Part shown: piece after piece, positions 15,712 to 24,393 of the stretch | How the letters are laid out: each line of letters begins with the position of its first letter | How positions within the stretch are numbered: the first letter of the stretch is position 1 | Source of the DNA: a virus | Lineage: Duplodnaviria; Caudoviricetes | DNA length: 26,732 bases | Strand: one strand, 5' to 3' | Virus record (IMG/VR): IMGVR_UViG_3300010362_000011 | Span: 1-26,732 of that record | The notes under the pieces: model-generated | Databases searched by the model: none | The model's input: only the letters and a program-made list of their open reading frames with translations | What the model was told of the DNA's origin: nothing | Translations under genes and position numbers: made by a program

Positions 15712-15908
15712 TCGTTGGCGCGTCTCATCCGCAGCTCGTGGAGTTCGTCGGCCATGTGCTCGCTTTCGGCCCGCAGTTGCGTGATCCGTTCGTGGCATTC
15801 GTGGTCGGCTTCGCTGCGTGCCCGGGTGAGTGCCGCCCAGGCGCCGAGTATCCCGGTGATGCCGCCGAGGATGGCGCCGATGAGTGCGACGAGGTCAGCG
15901 GTGCTCAC
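15708..15908 (-). CDS. Single-TM coiled-coil membrane protein in the lysis cassette (66 aa)
   Basis: [22 protein letters not shown] followed by a charged coiled coil; GTGA-coupled to the endolysin. Confidence 0.75.
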   Translation of the reverse strand: MSTADLVALIGAILGGITGILGAWAALTRARSEADHECHERITQLRAESEHMADELHELRMRRANE

Positions 15909-16813
15909 GGTTCCTTGACGCGGACGAACACGGTCGCCTGACTGCCGCGGTTGCGGGTGCGCCGCATGACCTGGCCGCCGTTCGAGTCGTTCGAGGTCGA
16001 CGTGTTCCCTTCGACGGCTTGGAAGCTGCCGCCGCCCGACCACTGCTCGAAGATGCCAATGTGGTCGTAGGTGCCGTCATAGCCCCAGTCGTAGGCGACG
16101 AGGTCTCCGGGGATGGGGTCGTCGGTCGTGGTGAGCCCGTAGCGGCCGGCGCGGGCGTCGGCAACCACATACGGGACGTAGCTGTAGCGGCTGCCCTTGA
16201 CGAACGCGGGCGAGTCGCCCGACAACTCGAACGCCCAGGTGCAGAAGATCGCGCACCAGGGCACCCCGTTCATGCCGTACCAGGCGCCATAGGCTTGCTT
16301 GTTGCTCCCGGCCGGTGATTCGGCATTGCCGATCTCGCCGATGGCCCGGTTGAGCGCCTGCTGCCTGAGCGTGCCGGTCGGCTCGGGTGCGGGCTCGTGG
16401 CCGCCGAAGCGGGCGAACGCCTCGTTGATGAGGTTGACGCTGTAGGCGTCCATTGCCATCTCACCGGCGTGCGGGCCGGTCGGCACTCGAGCCGACCGCA
16501 GCGTGTTGAACGTCGATGTGCCGACCCAGCCGGTGGCGTCGATGTGCTGCTGCCGTTGCACCCCGGCGAGCCCGGTCTGACTGACGTTGCCGCTGGTGCC
16601 GTGGCTGAACCCGTTGCTGAACGCCTGGTCGAAGGTTTGCCAGGGCCAGCGGCCGAGCCGTGAGACTGTGCGTTTGTACGCCTCGACGTCGGGCCCGTCG
16701 ACCGACGGGGTGCGACCGTGCGAGGCTGCGTCGGGTGGGTACAGCGGCCTGGGGAACCCGTCCACCTGGACCATCGGGCCGCCCTTGTACGCGTGTTCCC
16801 ACCACTCGGTCAT
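15905..16813 (-). CDS. Endolysin: peptidoglycan-binding-like domain plus CHAP domain
   Basis: GPDVEAYKR...QRQQHIDATGWVGTSTFNTL; NGVPWCAIF, DHIGIF, VEGNTS (Cys/His/Glu). Confidence 0.9.
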   Translation of the reverse strand: MTEWWEHAYKGGPMVQVDGFPRPLYPPDAASHGRTPSVDGPDVEAYKRTVSRLGRWPWQTFDQAFSNGFSHGTSGNVSQTGLAGVQRQQHIDATGWVGTSTFNTLRSARVPTGPHAGEMAMDAYSVNLINEAFARFGGHEPAPEPTGTLRQQALNRAIGEIGNAESPAGSNKQAYGAWYGMNGVPWCAIFCTWAFELSGDSPAFVKGSRYSYVPYVVADARAGRYGLTTTDDPIPGDLVAYDWGYDGTYDHIGIFEQWSGGGSFQAVEGNTSTSNDSNGGQVMRRTRNRGSQATVFVRVKEP

Positions 16814-16827
16814 TAGGATCCCCCGCT

Positions 16828-17595
16828 GTGCCCCGTCTGTGGCGCCGCCGCCGGTCGGCCGCGACCGAGCTGTACCTCGACCTCCTGAAACGCTGCCTCA
16901 CCCGGGTCGGGTTCGAGGACGAGTCCGTCGACCCGGAGACGCGGGCGCGGGTGCCCGTCGACCAGGAGCGGCGCCTCGAGGGCAGGGACTGGCCGGTGCA
17001 CGCGGAGACGATGATCGGGATGCGCCGCCTCGACCAGCTCCAAGCGGCCGTGGAGGCAGTGCTCGCCGAGCGGGTGCCGGGGGATCTCGTCGAGACGGGG
17101 GTGTGGCGCGGCGGGGCGAGCATCCTGATGCGCGGCGTGCTCGCCGCCCACGGGGACATCAGCAGGACGGTGTGGGTGTGCGATTCGTTCGAGGGGCTCC
17201 CCCCGCCTGGTGGTCATCCTGCCGACGAGGGGTTCGACCTGTCCGGTGTCCCGGAGCTTGCGGTGTCGCTCGAGAAGGTGCGGGCGAACTTCGACCGGTA
17301 CGGGCTCCTCGACGAGCAGGTCCGGTTTCTGCCCGGCTGGTTCAGGGACACGCTCGCGGATGCGCCGATCGATCGGGTCGCGGTGCTCCGGTTGGACGGC
17401 GACATGTACGAGTCGACGATCGTCGCGCTCGAGGCGCTGTACCCGAAGGTGTCCAGGGGCGGGTTCGTGATCGTCGACGACTACGCGCTCCCCATGTGCG
17501 CCCAGGCCGTCGACGACTACCGTCGCGACCACGGTGTCACCGACCCGCTCGTGCGGGTGGACTGGACCGGTGTGCACTGGCGCCGGTCACGCTAG
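16828..17595 (+). CDS. TylF/MycF/NovP-family SAM-dependent sugar O-methyltransferase
   Basis: YLDLLK, AETMIG, GDLVETGVWRGG, DSFEGLP, GWFRDTL, LRLDGDMYEST, IVDDY; start at GTG 16828 inferred. Confidence 0.93.
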   Translation: MPRLWRRRRSAATELYLDLLKRCLTRVGFEDESVDPETRARVPVDQERRLEGRDWPVHAETMIGMRRLDQLQAAVEAVLAERVPGDLVETGVWRGGASILMRGVLAAHGDISRTVWVCDSFEGLPPPGGHPADEGFDLSGVPELAVSLEKVRANFDRYGLLDEQVRFLPGWFRDTLADAPIDRVAVLRLDGDMYESTIVALEALYPKVSRGGFVIVDDYALPMCAQAVDDYRRDHGVTDPLVRVDWTGVHWRRSR

Positions 17596-18222
17596 CTCCG
17601 CCGCGGTCATGTCCTCCGCCAGGTACGGCGCGAAGCACGCCTGCGGCGTGAACTTGTAGTCGGCCACGCACCTCCCCCAGTACACGCTGGGGACGATGAC
17701 AATCGACTGGTAGCCGCGCCGCACACACTCCGACCAGAGTGAGTTGGCGAATCCGGGCGGGTCGTCCTGCCAGTCCGGGTTCTCGCTCGCGTACGCCTCG
17801 GGTTGCACGCAGACGTTACGTTCCTGCATGTACACGTCGAACCCGGCCGGCGAGTCCGACCTCGAGGGCTCGAGGTTCGTGACGATCGCGAGCGGCATGG
17901 CGGGGTTCGCCTGGTAGGCGGCGCCGACAGCGTCCATGCACGCCTGCCCCTGCCCGGTCTCAGCCTGGAAGCAGACCATGTCCGGGCCGAAGCTCAATGC
18001 GAGCTGGGCGCGTTCCGCGCTCGGCCACGCGTCCCAGAGGCCGCACGCGAGCCCGACTTCACGGCAGGCTTGCATGTAGTCGCCGCCCTGGTCGCGGTAC
18101 AGCTGGACGAGCACCCAGTCGTACCCGGAGTTGCGGGCGGCGTGCGCGAACTGCTCCGGGCTCCAGGGTCTGCCGTTGAAGTCCCGCCCGGTGTCGGGGG
18201 CGGGCGAGTCGGGGTCGCTCAT
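17587..18222 (-). CDS. Putative TIM-barrel glycoside-hydrolase-like protein (211 aa from ATG 18222; possibly entered by -1 frameshift)
   Basis: FAHAARNSGYDWVLVQL...ACREVGLACGLW...FQAE...QPEAY alternating beta/alpha pattern; between tail fibre and endolysin. Family not established. Confidence 0.55.
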   Translation of the reverse strand: MSDPDSPAPDTGRDFNGRPWSPEQFAHAARNSGYDWVLVQLYRDQGGDYMQACREVGLACGLWDAWPSAERAQLALSFGPDMVCFQAETGQGQACMDAVGAAYQANPAMPLAIVTNLEPSRSDSPAGFDVYMQERNVCVQPEAYASENPDWQDDPPGFANSLWSECVRRGYQSIVIVPSVYWGRCVADYKFTPQACFAPYLAEDMTAAELA

Positions 18223-18458
18223 GTTTCCGCCGGCTCCCCCCGCGACGTAGAGCCCCCGAAAGGGGGCGCCTCGTATCCCACCGTCCCGCCGGTGTCGTGG
18301 TCGTCGCGGAGGATCTGCAACGTGCGCTCGAGCTTGTCCCACGCCCCCCAGGTCGCGAGGTCGTCCGGGTTCCGGTTCGGCTTGGTCCCCCCAGGGTCGA
18401 GCTTCCGGAGCCGCTCGACGCTGGCGTGGATCCCGTCCTGGGTGCCGATCGTGCTCAT
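18219..18458 (-). CDS. Hypothetical protein (79 aa) containing a slippery heptamer
   Basis: TGATG coupling upstream, ATGA downstream; C CCT TTC at 18264-18258. Confidence 0.7.
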   Translation of the reverse strand: MSTIGTQDGIHASVERLRKLDPGGTKPNRNPDDLATWGAWDKLERTLQILRDDHDTGGTVGYEAPPFGGSTSRGEPAET

Positions 18459-19174
18459 CAGGAGACCCGGATGGGGCGGACGGTCATCCAGCCGCGGCTC
18501 ATGTTGAAGTTCGGGGTGCCCCCGGCCCCTTGCAGGTAGATTCCGACGTTCCCGTTCGTGGTGAGCAGGCCGATCAGCGGCGCGAACCCGGCGAGGCTGC
18601 CAGCGTCCCACTGGCCGGAGGATCCGTGGTCGAGGATCGCGCCGGTCATGGTCGGGGTCGGGAGCGTGTACCCGATCGCTGCCTGGATGGTGGAGACACC
18701 GGCGCCGGCCATCTGGGCGGTGATCCCGAACTCGACCTCCCAGTCACCGTTGCGGAGGATCGTCCAGACGGGGCCGCCCGCGAACGCCACCCAGGAGCCG
18801 GTGGTCGCGAACCCGGTGACGGATCCGACGGGGCCTGCCCGCCAGGGGGAGCCGCCGACGAACTCCCACTTGTACGCGCTCGAGGAACCGGCGTTGTACC
18901 GGAACCGCCACTGGTAGGTGGGGTTCGTCGTGGAGTCGACGAGGATGTGTTCCTGCCCGTCGACGGGCGAGGCGGGGAGGCTGGTGCCGTACCCGACCGA
19001 GGCGACCGGGAGCTGCGCGGCGGGGATCTTCCCGGTCGCGTCGAGGCTGGCGAGCCCGGTGGCGGTGCCCCTGACCGCTTCGATCCGGTCGGCGAGTTCC
19101 TGCATGTCGAGGGGGACGTCGGCGGGGTCGGTGGGCGCCGGGTAGGGGAGCAGCAGCGTCGGCGTCGTTGGCAT
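18458..19174 (-). CDS. Tail fibre / receptor-binding minor tail protein (238 aa)
   Basis: GGGAGG RBS; MPTTPTLLLPYP...DMQELADRI N-terminus, GLASLDATGKIPAAQLP, LPASPVDGQ, beta-rich C-terminus. Confidence 0.8.
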   Translation of the reverse strand: MPTTPTLLLPYPAPTDPADVPLDMQELADRIEAVRGTATGLASLDATGKIPAAQLPVASVGYGTSLPASPVDGQEHILVDSTTNPTYQWRFRYNAGSSSAYKWEFVGGSPWRAGPVGSVTGFATTGSWVAFAGGPVWTILRNGDWEVEFGITAQMAGAGVSTIQAAIGYTLPTPTMTGAILDHGSSGQWDAGSLAGFAPLIGLLTTNGNVGIYLQGAGGTPNFNMSRGWMTVRPIRVS

Positions 19175-19185
19175 CGGTTCCCTCC

Positions 19186-19854
19186 CTAGGCTCGGGTGAT
19201 TCGGATCGCGGCAGGGGTGTCGCTGCCACCCACCCCGGTCCCGGCGCGGATGGTGCCGTTCCCCGCGTCGACGTAGGCGCGGATGTTGTACGTGTGCGCC
19301 CCGGCGGTGGGGATGAGTCGGCGGTGGCCACCGACCGGCATGATGATTGCAGCGGCTGGGGCTGCCGCATCGGCAACGGCCATGCGGCAGAGCATCGTCG
19401 CCCCGTCGAACAATCCGACGGTGACTGTGCGGCCCGCGGTCGCGGGTGTGCGGACGGCGGCGGCGCTGAATTCGACGACGATCGGGGTCGCCCCGTCGAA
19501 CGTGAGCGCGGGCGCACTGACGACCGGGGTGGCACTGGCCGGGACCAGGCCGGTGACGTTGACGTCGTTCTGCACTTCGGCGTAGGCGAGTTCGCCGACC
19601 GGGCCGCCGTCCCGGACGGTGCCGATGGCGAGCATCCCCGACGTCGAGGTGAGCATGTAGCAGGGCTCGCCGATCGTGGGGATGTACTGGGCGAGCCGGG
19701 CGACCGCGACCGGGGTGCCACCCGCCACCGACACGCTTACATGCCGTTGATCCGGGAGCCCGGTGACGGTTCCGACCACGATGCCGATCCCGGAATCGCC
19801 CAGTGCGTCCCGGAGCACGTAGGGAAGGGTGCGGGTGAACGGAACGCTGCTCAT
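19186..19854 (-). CDS. Minor tail protein (222 aa)
   Basis: ATGA-coupled start at 19854; GTVTG...YIPTIGEPCYML...LAIG OB-fold-like N-terminus; beta-rich C-terminus. Confidence 0.75.
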   Translation of the reverse strand: MSSVPFTRTLPYVLRDALGDSGIGIVVGTVTGLPDQRHVSVSVAGGTPVAVARLAQYIPTIGEPCYMLTSTSGMLAIGTVRDGGPVGELAYAEVQNDVNVTGLVPASATPVVSAPALTFDGATPIVVEFSAAAVRTPATAGRTVTVGLFDGATMLCRMAVADAAAPAAAIIMPVGGHRRLIPTAGAHTYNIRAYVDAGNGTIRAGTGVGGSDTPAAIRITRA

Positions 19855-20957
19855 ACGGGCGGCGGCTGGTCGCGGCCGGTCGTGGTGATCTGCAGCGCAC
19901 CCTCGACGTCCAACCCGATCTGAACGGCATTGACGACCTGGGTTTCGCTGCGACCGTCGGCGAACACAACCTCGATCACGTCGTCCGGTTCCAATGCCGG
20001 ATTCGGGACCGCGGTCAGGGTGAGGGTGCGCGACAGGCCGAGCCGGAGGTTCAGCAGGGATTGGGCTGCGGCGTCCGCTTGCGCCTGGGTGCTGACCGCG
20101 GTGCTGTCGCTGATGAGCGCCACGTGGCCGAACGGGCCGCCCCACCGGATCGGGCTAGTGGGGTCGTCGAACGTGGCGAGGCTGTAGATCGGCGCCTGCT
20201 CTGAGTCCGGTTGCCCTCTGACGAGCACGCCGTTTCGAACGCTGGATCGGTCGAGGGTTTCGCTCGCCTCGATCAGCACGCCGCGGGCCGCGGCGTCAAT
20301 CGTCCAGACGGGAACCGTGCCGGCCGTGCGCGGGCGGATCACGAAGTCGCCGAGGTTGTCGAACATCGCGGCGGCACCGACGCTCGACGCGAGGTCGTTG
20401 ATCGCCGCGGCGCGGTCGTCGATGTAGACGGTGTTCGTCAGCGGCGGCTCGCTCGCCGGGTTCGTGAGGACGTGGTACTGGATCGCGCTCCCGAACACGA
20501 GTTGCACGAGCTGCACGGCGGCGTTGCTGGGCGCCGTGCCGGGGAACGCGAGCGGCGTCCCTAGCGGCTCGTCCTGGATCTGCGCCATCCGGTCGGCGAG
20601 CGTGAGGGTCGCCTGCCCCTGCAGCTGACTCCACACGATCGACTCGACCCGGAACCGGCCCAGTTGGACGCGTTCCACCGTGCCGTCGGCGTACCGGATG
20701 CCCCGCTCGATCGTGCAATATCCGCCGTAGGGAAGCTCGCGGGCAACGTCGACGGTGAACGGGTCGGCGAGCCGGAACGTGACGTCGAGCGACCCTTGGC
20801 GGCGCACCTGGGCGTCACGGTCGATCGTGACGCTTCCGCCGATCACCGGCACCTCGATCGGCGTCGTCAACGCGGACGGCCGATACACGTAGGCGGCGAC
20901 GCTGATCGAGTGCGACTCCCGGAGCGCCGCGAGGAACCGGGGCGTGACGGTCAGCAT
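19851..20957 (-). CDS. Minor tail / baseplate hub protein
   Basis: GGSVTIDRDAQVRR, VQLGRFRV, WGGPFG, PNPALEPDDVI; second gene after the tape measure. Confidence 0.82.
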   Translation of the reverse strand: MLTVTPRFLAALRESHSISVAAYVYRPSALTTPIEVPVIGGSVTIDRDAQVRRQGSLDVTFRLADPFTVDVARELPYGGYCTIERGIRYADGTVERVQLGRFRVESIVWSQLQGQATLTLADRMAQIQDEPLGTPLAFPGTAPSNAAVQLVQLVFGSAIQYHVLTNPASEPPLTNTVYIDDRAAAINDLASSVGAAAMFDNLGDFVIRPRTAGTVPVWTIDAAARGVLIEASETLDRSSVRNGVLVRGQPDSEQAPIYSLATFDDPTSPIRWGGPFGHVALISDSTAVSTQAQADAAAQSLLNLRLGLSRTLTLTAVPNPALEPDDVIEVVFADGRSETQVVNAVQIGLDVEGALQITTTGRDQPPPV

Positions 20958-21787
20958 CAGACGTCATCCGGGAGCCACGGGGTGACCGGGTTCGTCCCGG
21001 CCGGGTACGTGTAGGCGAGCTGGTCGTACGTGCCGACCGCGGCCTTCAAGGCTGCGTAGGTGGCGAACGTGGCTTTCACGTTCGCGTAGGTGTTCGGCGC
21101 CAGTGGCACGTAAATGGACGGGTCGGGGCGCTCGACCTGGACGACCTCGATCTTGAAGCGGCGTTCGGGTGCGACACCGGGCCGGAGGAACCGTTCCTCG
21201 GTAAAGTCGGTGACGCCGAGGTACATGTTCCCGATCCCCTGGGCGGGGGTGGTGCGGAGTAGGAACGGGTACCCGGACCCGAGTAGCGCCCTGGTCTGGT
21301 CGCGCTCGCCGAGCGTGTCGGTCAGGACGATGAGTTCGCTCGACGGCGTCCAGGCGGGCAGCGACGTGAGCACCGGGGCCCGCCGGTTGAGGATGCGGTG
21401 GACGCCGACGGCGGCCGCGAACTGCAGCTCGTCCATGCTCTCGATCGTCAGCGGCAGCGAGTTGGTGGGGCGGGCGAGGTCGACGAGCCATGCAGGACAC
21501 TCCCCGTAGGTGAGCGTGAACGTGGTGGTGGCGGTGCCGACAACGGTGGCACCGTCGTAGACGGTGACCGTGTAGGTGAGCGCGACATCGAAGGGCAGTT
21601 CGTAGTCGCGGGCGATCTGGGTGGGGATCGCAACGGTTGCGTTGACGGCACCGCGGACGCCGGCCTTCGACCCGGACGGGCTCGTGCGGGTGATCGTGTA
21701 CGTGTCGGCACCGGCGGGGACGCCGTCGACCTGGAGGCGGGCGGCGAGCCTGCCCGCGTCGAGCGTGGCGGTGAGCGTGACCGCCAT
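20957..21787 (-). CDS. Distal tail (Dit-like) minor tail protein
   Basis: Directly after the tape measure; DYELPFDVALTY, WLVDLARP, TYANVKATFATYAAL. Confidence 0.78.
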   Translation of the reverse strand: MAVTLTATLDAGRLAARLQVDGVPAGADTYTITRTSPSGSKAGVRGAVNATVAIPTQIARDYELPFDVALTYTVTVYDGATVVGTATTTFTLTYGECPAWLVDLARPTNSLPLTIESMDELQFAAAVGVHRILNRRAPVLTSLPAWTPSSELIVLTDTLGERDQTRALLGSGYPFLLRTTPAQGIGNMYLGVTDFTEERFLRPGVAPERRFKIEVVQVERPDPSIYVPLAPNTYANVKATFATYAALKAAVGTYDQLAYTYPAGTNPVTPWLPDDV

Positions 21788-23932
21788 CTAGGTGAGCCCC
21801 GCGAGCAGTGTTTGCGCGACCCGGTTCTGCTGGGTGACGACCTCGGTGCGGACGAGCCCGCGGAGTTCCTGGTCGCCGATGAACACGCGCACCTCGAGCG
21901 GCCTGCCGGTGTCGATCGGGGGCGGGCCGGGGTCCTGGCCGCTCTGCTGGACGGCGCGGATCAGCGCGTTGAACTGGCCGAGCGGGACGACGGCCTCGGG
22001 CCCGGCCTCGCCGATCAAGGCGAGGGTGGGGCGGCTGACGATCCCGCCGGTCTCGAGCCCCGGGATCTTCGAGAGCAGCCCGCCGCCGGGGATCGACGGG
22101 AGGTTGATGTGCGAGGGGATGCTCTTGATGGCGCTGATCAGGCTGTTGACGGCACCGGCTGCGGCGCTCATCGCCCCGGCGATCGCGCTCGCGGTTCCCG
22201 ATAACGGACCGAGCGCACTATTCGCCGCTTTCGCTGCTGCGGCTAGGGCGCCCTTGAACAAATCACCGGCGCTGTCGGCGGCGGTCTTGGCGGCGTTGAA
22301 CGCGCCTTTCAGCCCGGACACGACTCCGTCGAGCGCACTGGCCGCGCTCTTGGCGGCGTTGAACGCGGCTTTCAGCCCGTCGACGGCCGTCTCGGCTGCG
22401 TTGGCCGCGGTCTTGACGGCGCCGCTGATCGCATTCCAGCTCGACTTGATCGTCGTCTCGAGCGTGTTGATGGCGGTCGACACGTTCGTCTTGAGCGTGT
22501 TCCATGCCGCGGTGACGTCGGTCTTGAGCGTGTTGACGACGTTCATGACGGCGGTCTTGATCGAGTTCCACGCATTCGTGAGCGCGGTCTTAATGTCATC
22601 GACCACGCCGGTGACGGAGGTCTTGATCGTGTTCCACGCGGAAGTGAGCGCCGTCTTGATCGAGTCGACGATGTTCGTGATGGTCGTCTTGATCGTGTTC
22701 CAGGTGTTCGTGACCGCCGTCTTGATGTCGTCGACGACACCCGTGACCAGCGTCTTGATCCCGTTCCAAGCGGTGCTCGCAGCACTCTTGATCCCGTCCC
22801 ACAGCACCGACAGGATGGTGAGCAGCGGCAGCAGCGTCCGCTTGATGTTGTCGACCATCAGCGTGACCATGTCGCTGACGAGGTTCTTGAACGCCGTCCA
22901 GGCGGCCGACCAGTCGCCGCGTAGCAGCGCGGCCAGCACGTTGAAAATGTCGGCGATGACCTTGAAGGCGTCCTGCATCACCCGGACGTTGGCCATGATG
23001 ATCGGGCCGATCAGGTCCCAGTTGTCCTTGATGACCTTGACGACCGCGACGACGAGCGGGACCAGCGCTTTGAGCGCGTCGCCGAACGCGGCGAGCATCG
23101 GCTTGATCTCTTGGAACCCCTGCGAGATCGCGGCGCTGATCGCGGGCCAGTTCCGCTGCAGGTAGCTGATGAACTGCTCGACGTACGGGATGGCTTTGGC
23201 GACGAGGTCGCCGGCGAAGTTGTTGAACGACTCGCGGACGATCGCCAGTTGCCCCGGTAGCGTCTTGCCGATCGCCTCGGCGCTGCCGCCGAACTCGCGG
23301 CGCAGCTCGCCGAGGATCAGCTTCTGCGCTTCCATCGTGTGCCCGGACTCGACCATCGCCTTGACCTGGTCCTGCTGCGCCTGGGTGAACGTGACGCCGA
23401 CCCGGCGCAGCGCGGTCATGCCCTTGACCGGGTCGTTGAGCGCCTTGCCGAGCTGCATGGCGCTGGTGGCCATGTCCTGGCCGAGCGCGACGCTCATGTC
23501 GGTCATGATCGAGGTGGCCTGGGTGAACACGTCGTTGCCCTTGCCGACCTCGTCGCGAATGTTCGTGAACGTGAGCAGCAGGTTCTCGCCGGACGCGATC
23601 GCCTCGTCGTCGATCCCCGTCTTCTTCATGATCGAGGTGGCGAGATCGCTGACCTGCTGGGCGGTCACGTTGGCGACGCTCCCGGTCGACTTGAGCACCG
23701 CCTGCGTCTGGGCGGCGACCTTCGTCGACTGCTGCCACTCGCTGATACCCGTCTTGAGGGTGTAGATGAGAGCGCCGACCCCGGCCGCCCCGGCCGCGAT
23801 AGCGCCCGTCTTGGCCAATGACTTGAGCTTGGTGCCGAACCCGCTGGTGGCGCCGCTCGCCTCGGCCATCCCCGACTTGAGCCCGCTCGTGTCGCTGACG
23901 AAGTCGACGACGATCCTGGGGTTACCGGCCAC
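21788..23932 (-). CDS. Tape measure protein (714 aa)
   Basis: Longest gene; AMQLGKALNDP motif; 11/22-residue Trp-periodic repeats (AWNTIKT); GGIVSRPTLALIGEAGPEAVVPL. Confidence 0.95.
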   Translation of the reverse strand: MAGNPRIVVDFVSDTSGLKSGMAEASGATSGFGTKLKSLAKTGAIAAGAAGVGALIYTLKTGISEWQQSTKVAAQTQAVLKSTGSVANVTAQQVSDLATSIMKKTGIDDEAIASGENLLLTFTNIRDEVGKGNDVFTQATSIMTDMSVALGQDMATSAMQLGKALNDPVKGMTALRRVGVTFTQAQQDQVKAMVESGHTMEAQKLILGELRREFGGSAEAIGKTLPGQLAIVRESFNNFAGDLVAKAIPYVEQFISYLQRNWPAISAAISQGFQEIKPMLAAFGDALKALVPLVVAVVKVIKDNWDLIGPIIMANVRVMQDAFKVIADIFNVLAALLRGDWSAAWTAFKNLVSDMVTLMVDNIKRTLLPLLTILSVLWDGIKSAASTAWNGIKTLVTGVVDDIKTAVTNTWNTIKTTITNIVDSIKTALTSAWNTIKTSVTGVVDDIKTALTNAWNSIKTAVMNVVNTLKTDVTAAWNTLKTNVSTAINTLETTIKSSWNAISGAVKTAANAAETAVDGLKAAFNAAKSAASALDGVVSGLKGAFNAAKTAADSAGDLFKGALAAAAKAANSALGPLSGTASAIAGAMSAAAGAVNSLISAIKSIPSHINLPSIPGGGLLSKIPGLETGGIVSRPTLALIGEAGPEAVVPLGQFNALIRAVQQSGQDPGPPPIDTGRPLEVRVFIGDQELRGLVRTEVVTQQNRVAQTLLAGLT

Positions 23933-24127
23933 TCAGCGCCCCCGCCGTCGTTGCGCCCTGGCCATCTCGCGCTGCTGCTGCTTGGCCTGCTGCTCTGCGT
24001 ACCGCCAGAACGCCTGGTACTCGGCCGGTGTCATCTCGTCGACCTGGCGCGGCGTCATTCGCCAGTAGCGGCAGAACACGGCTAGCTCATTGAGGTGTCG
24101 GCGCTCGAAGGGTCCACCGGGGTCGCC
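23933..24127 (-). CDS. Tail assembly chaperone, second (-1 frame) segment
   Basis: -1 frame open from 24127: GPFERRHLNELAVFCRYWRMTPRQVDEMTPAEYQAFWRY...; its stop abuts the tape-measure start. Confidence 0.75.
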   Translation of the reverse strand, partial: GDPGGPFERRHLNELAVFCRYWRMTPRQVDEMTPAEYQAFWRYAEQQAKQQQREMARAQRRRGR

Positions 24128-24393
24128 TCACCCGGCCGCACCGTGATGACAACGTCGTCGATCTGGTCGAGCGTGAGGTCGGGGTAGTCGCGGCGCAGCT
24201 TCACCCAGGCGAGCACCACGAACTTGTCGTCGGTGTCTTCCTCGGCGATGATCGCCCCGAACGGCCGCTCGAACGTCTGCTTGATCTCTCGCAGCTCGCG
24301 CGGCGTGAACCGTGGCGCGATCAGGTCGTCCCTGGTCAGCGTCACCTCGGTGGGGACGGTTGGGACGGCCATCGGCCTCAGGGGCTCGGCCAT
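24082..24393 (-). CDS. Tail assembly chaperone (gpG-like)
   Basis: Acidic 103-aa protein upstream of the tape measure with an overlapping -1 ORF. Confidence 0.8.
   Translation of the reverse strand: MAEPLRPMAVPTVPTEVTLTRDDLIAPRFTPRELREIKQTFERPFGAIIAEEDTDDKFVVLAWVKLRRDYPDLTLDQIDDVVITVRPGEATPVDPSSADTSMS

Noticed and set aside
18458-19174. Diversity-generating retroelement targeting the tail fibre
   Set aside because: No reverse transcriptase and no template/variable repeat pair seen
22430-22810. 33/66-bp periodic repeat (GTCTTGAT) resembling an array
   Set aside because: Encodes the 11/22-residue tape-measure repeats; degenerate at third positions with no unique spacers
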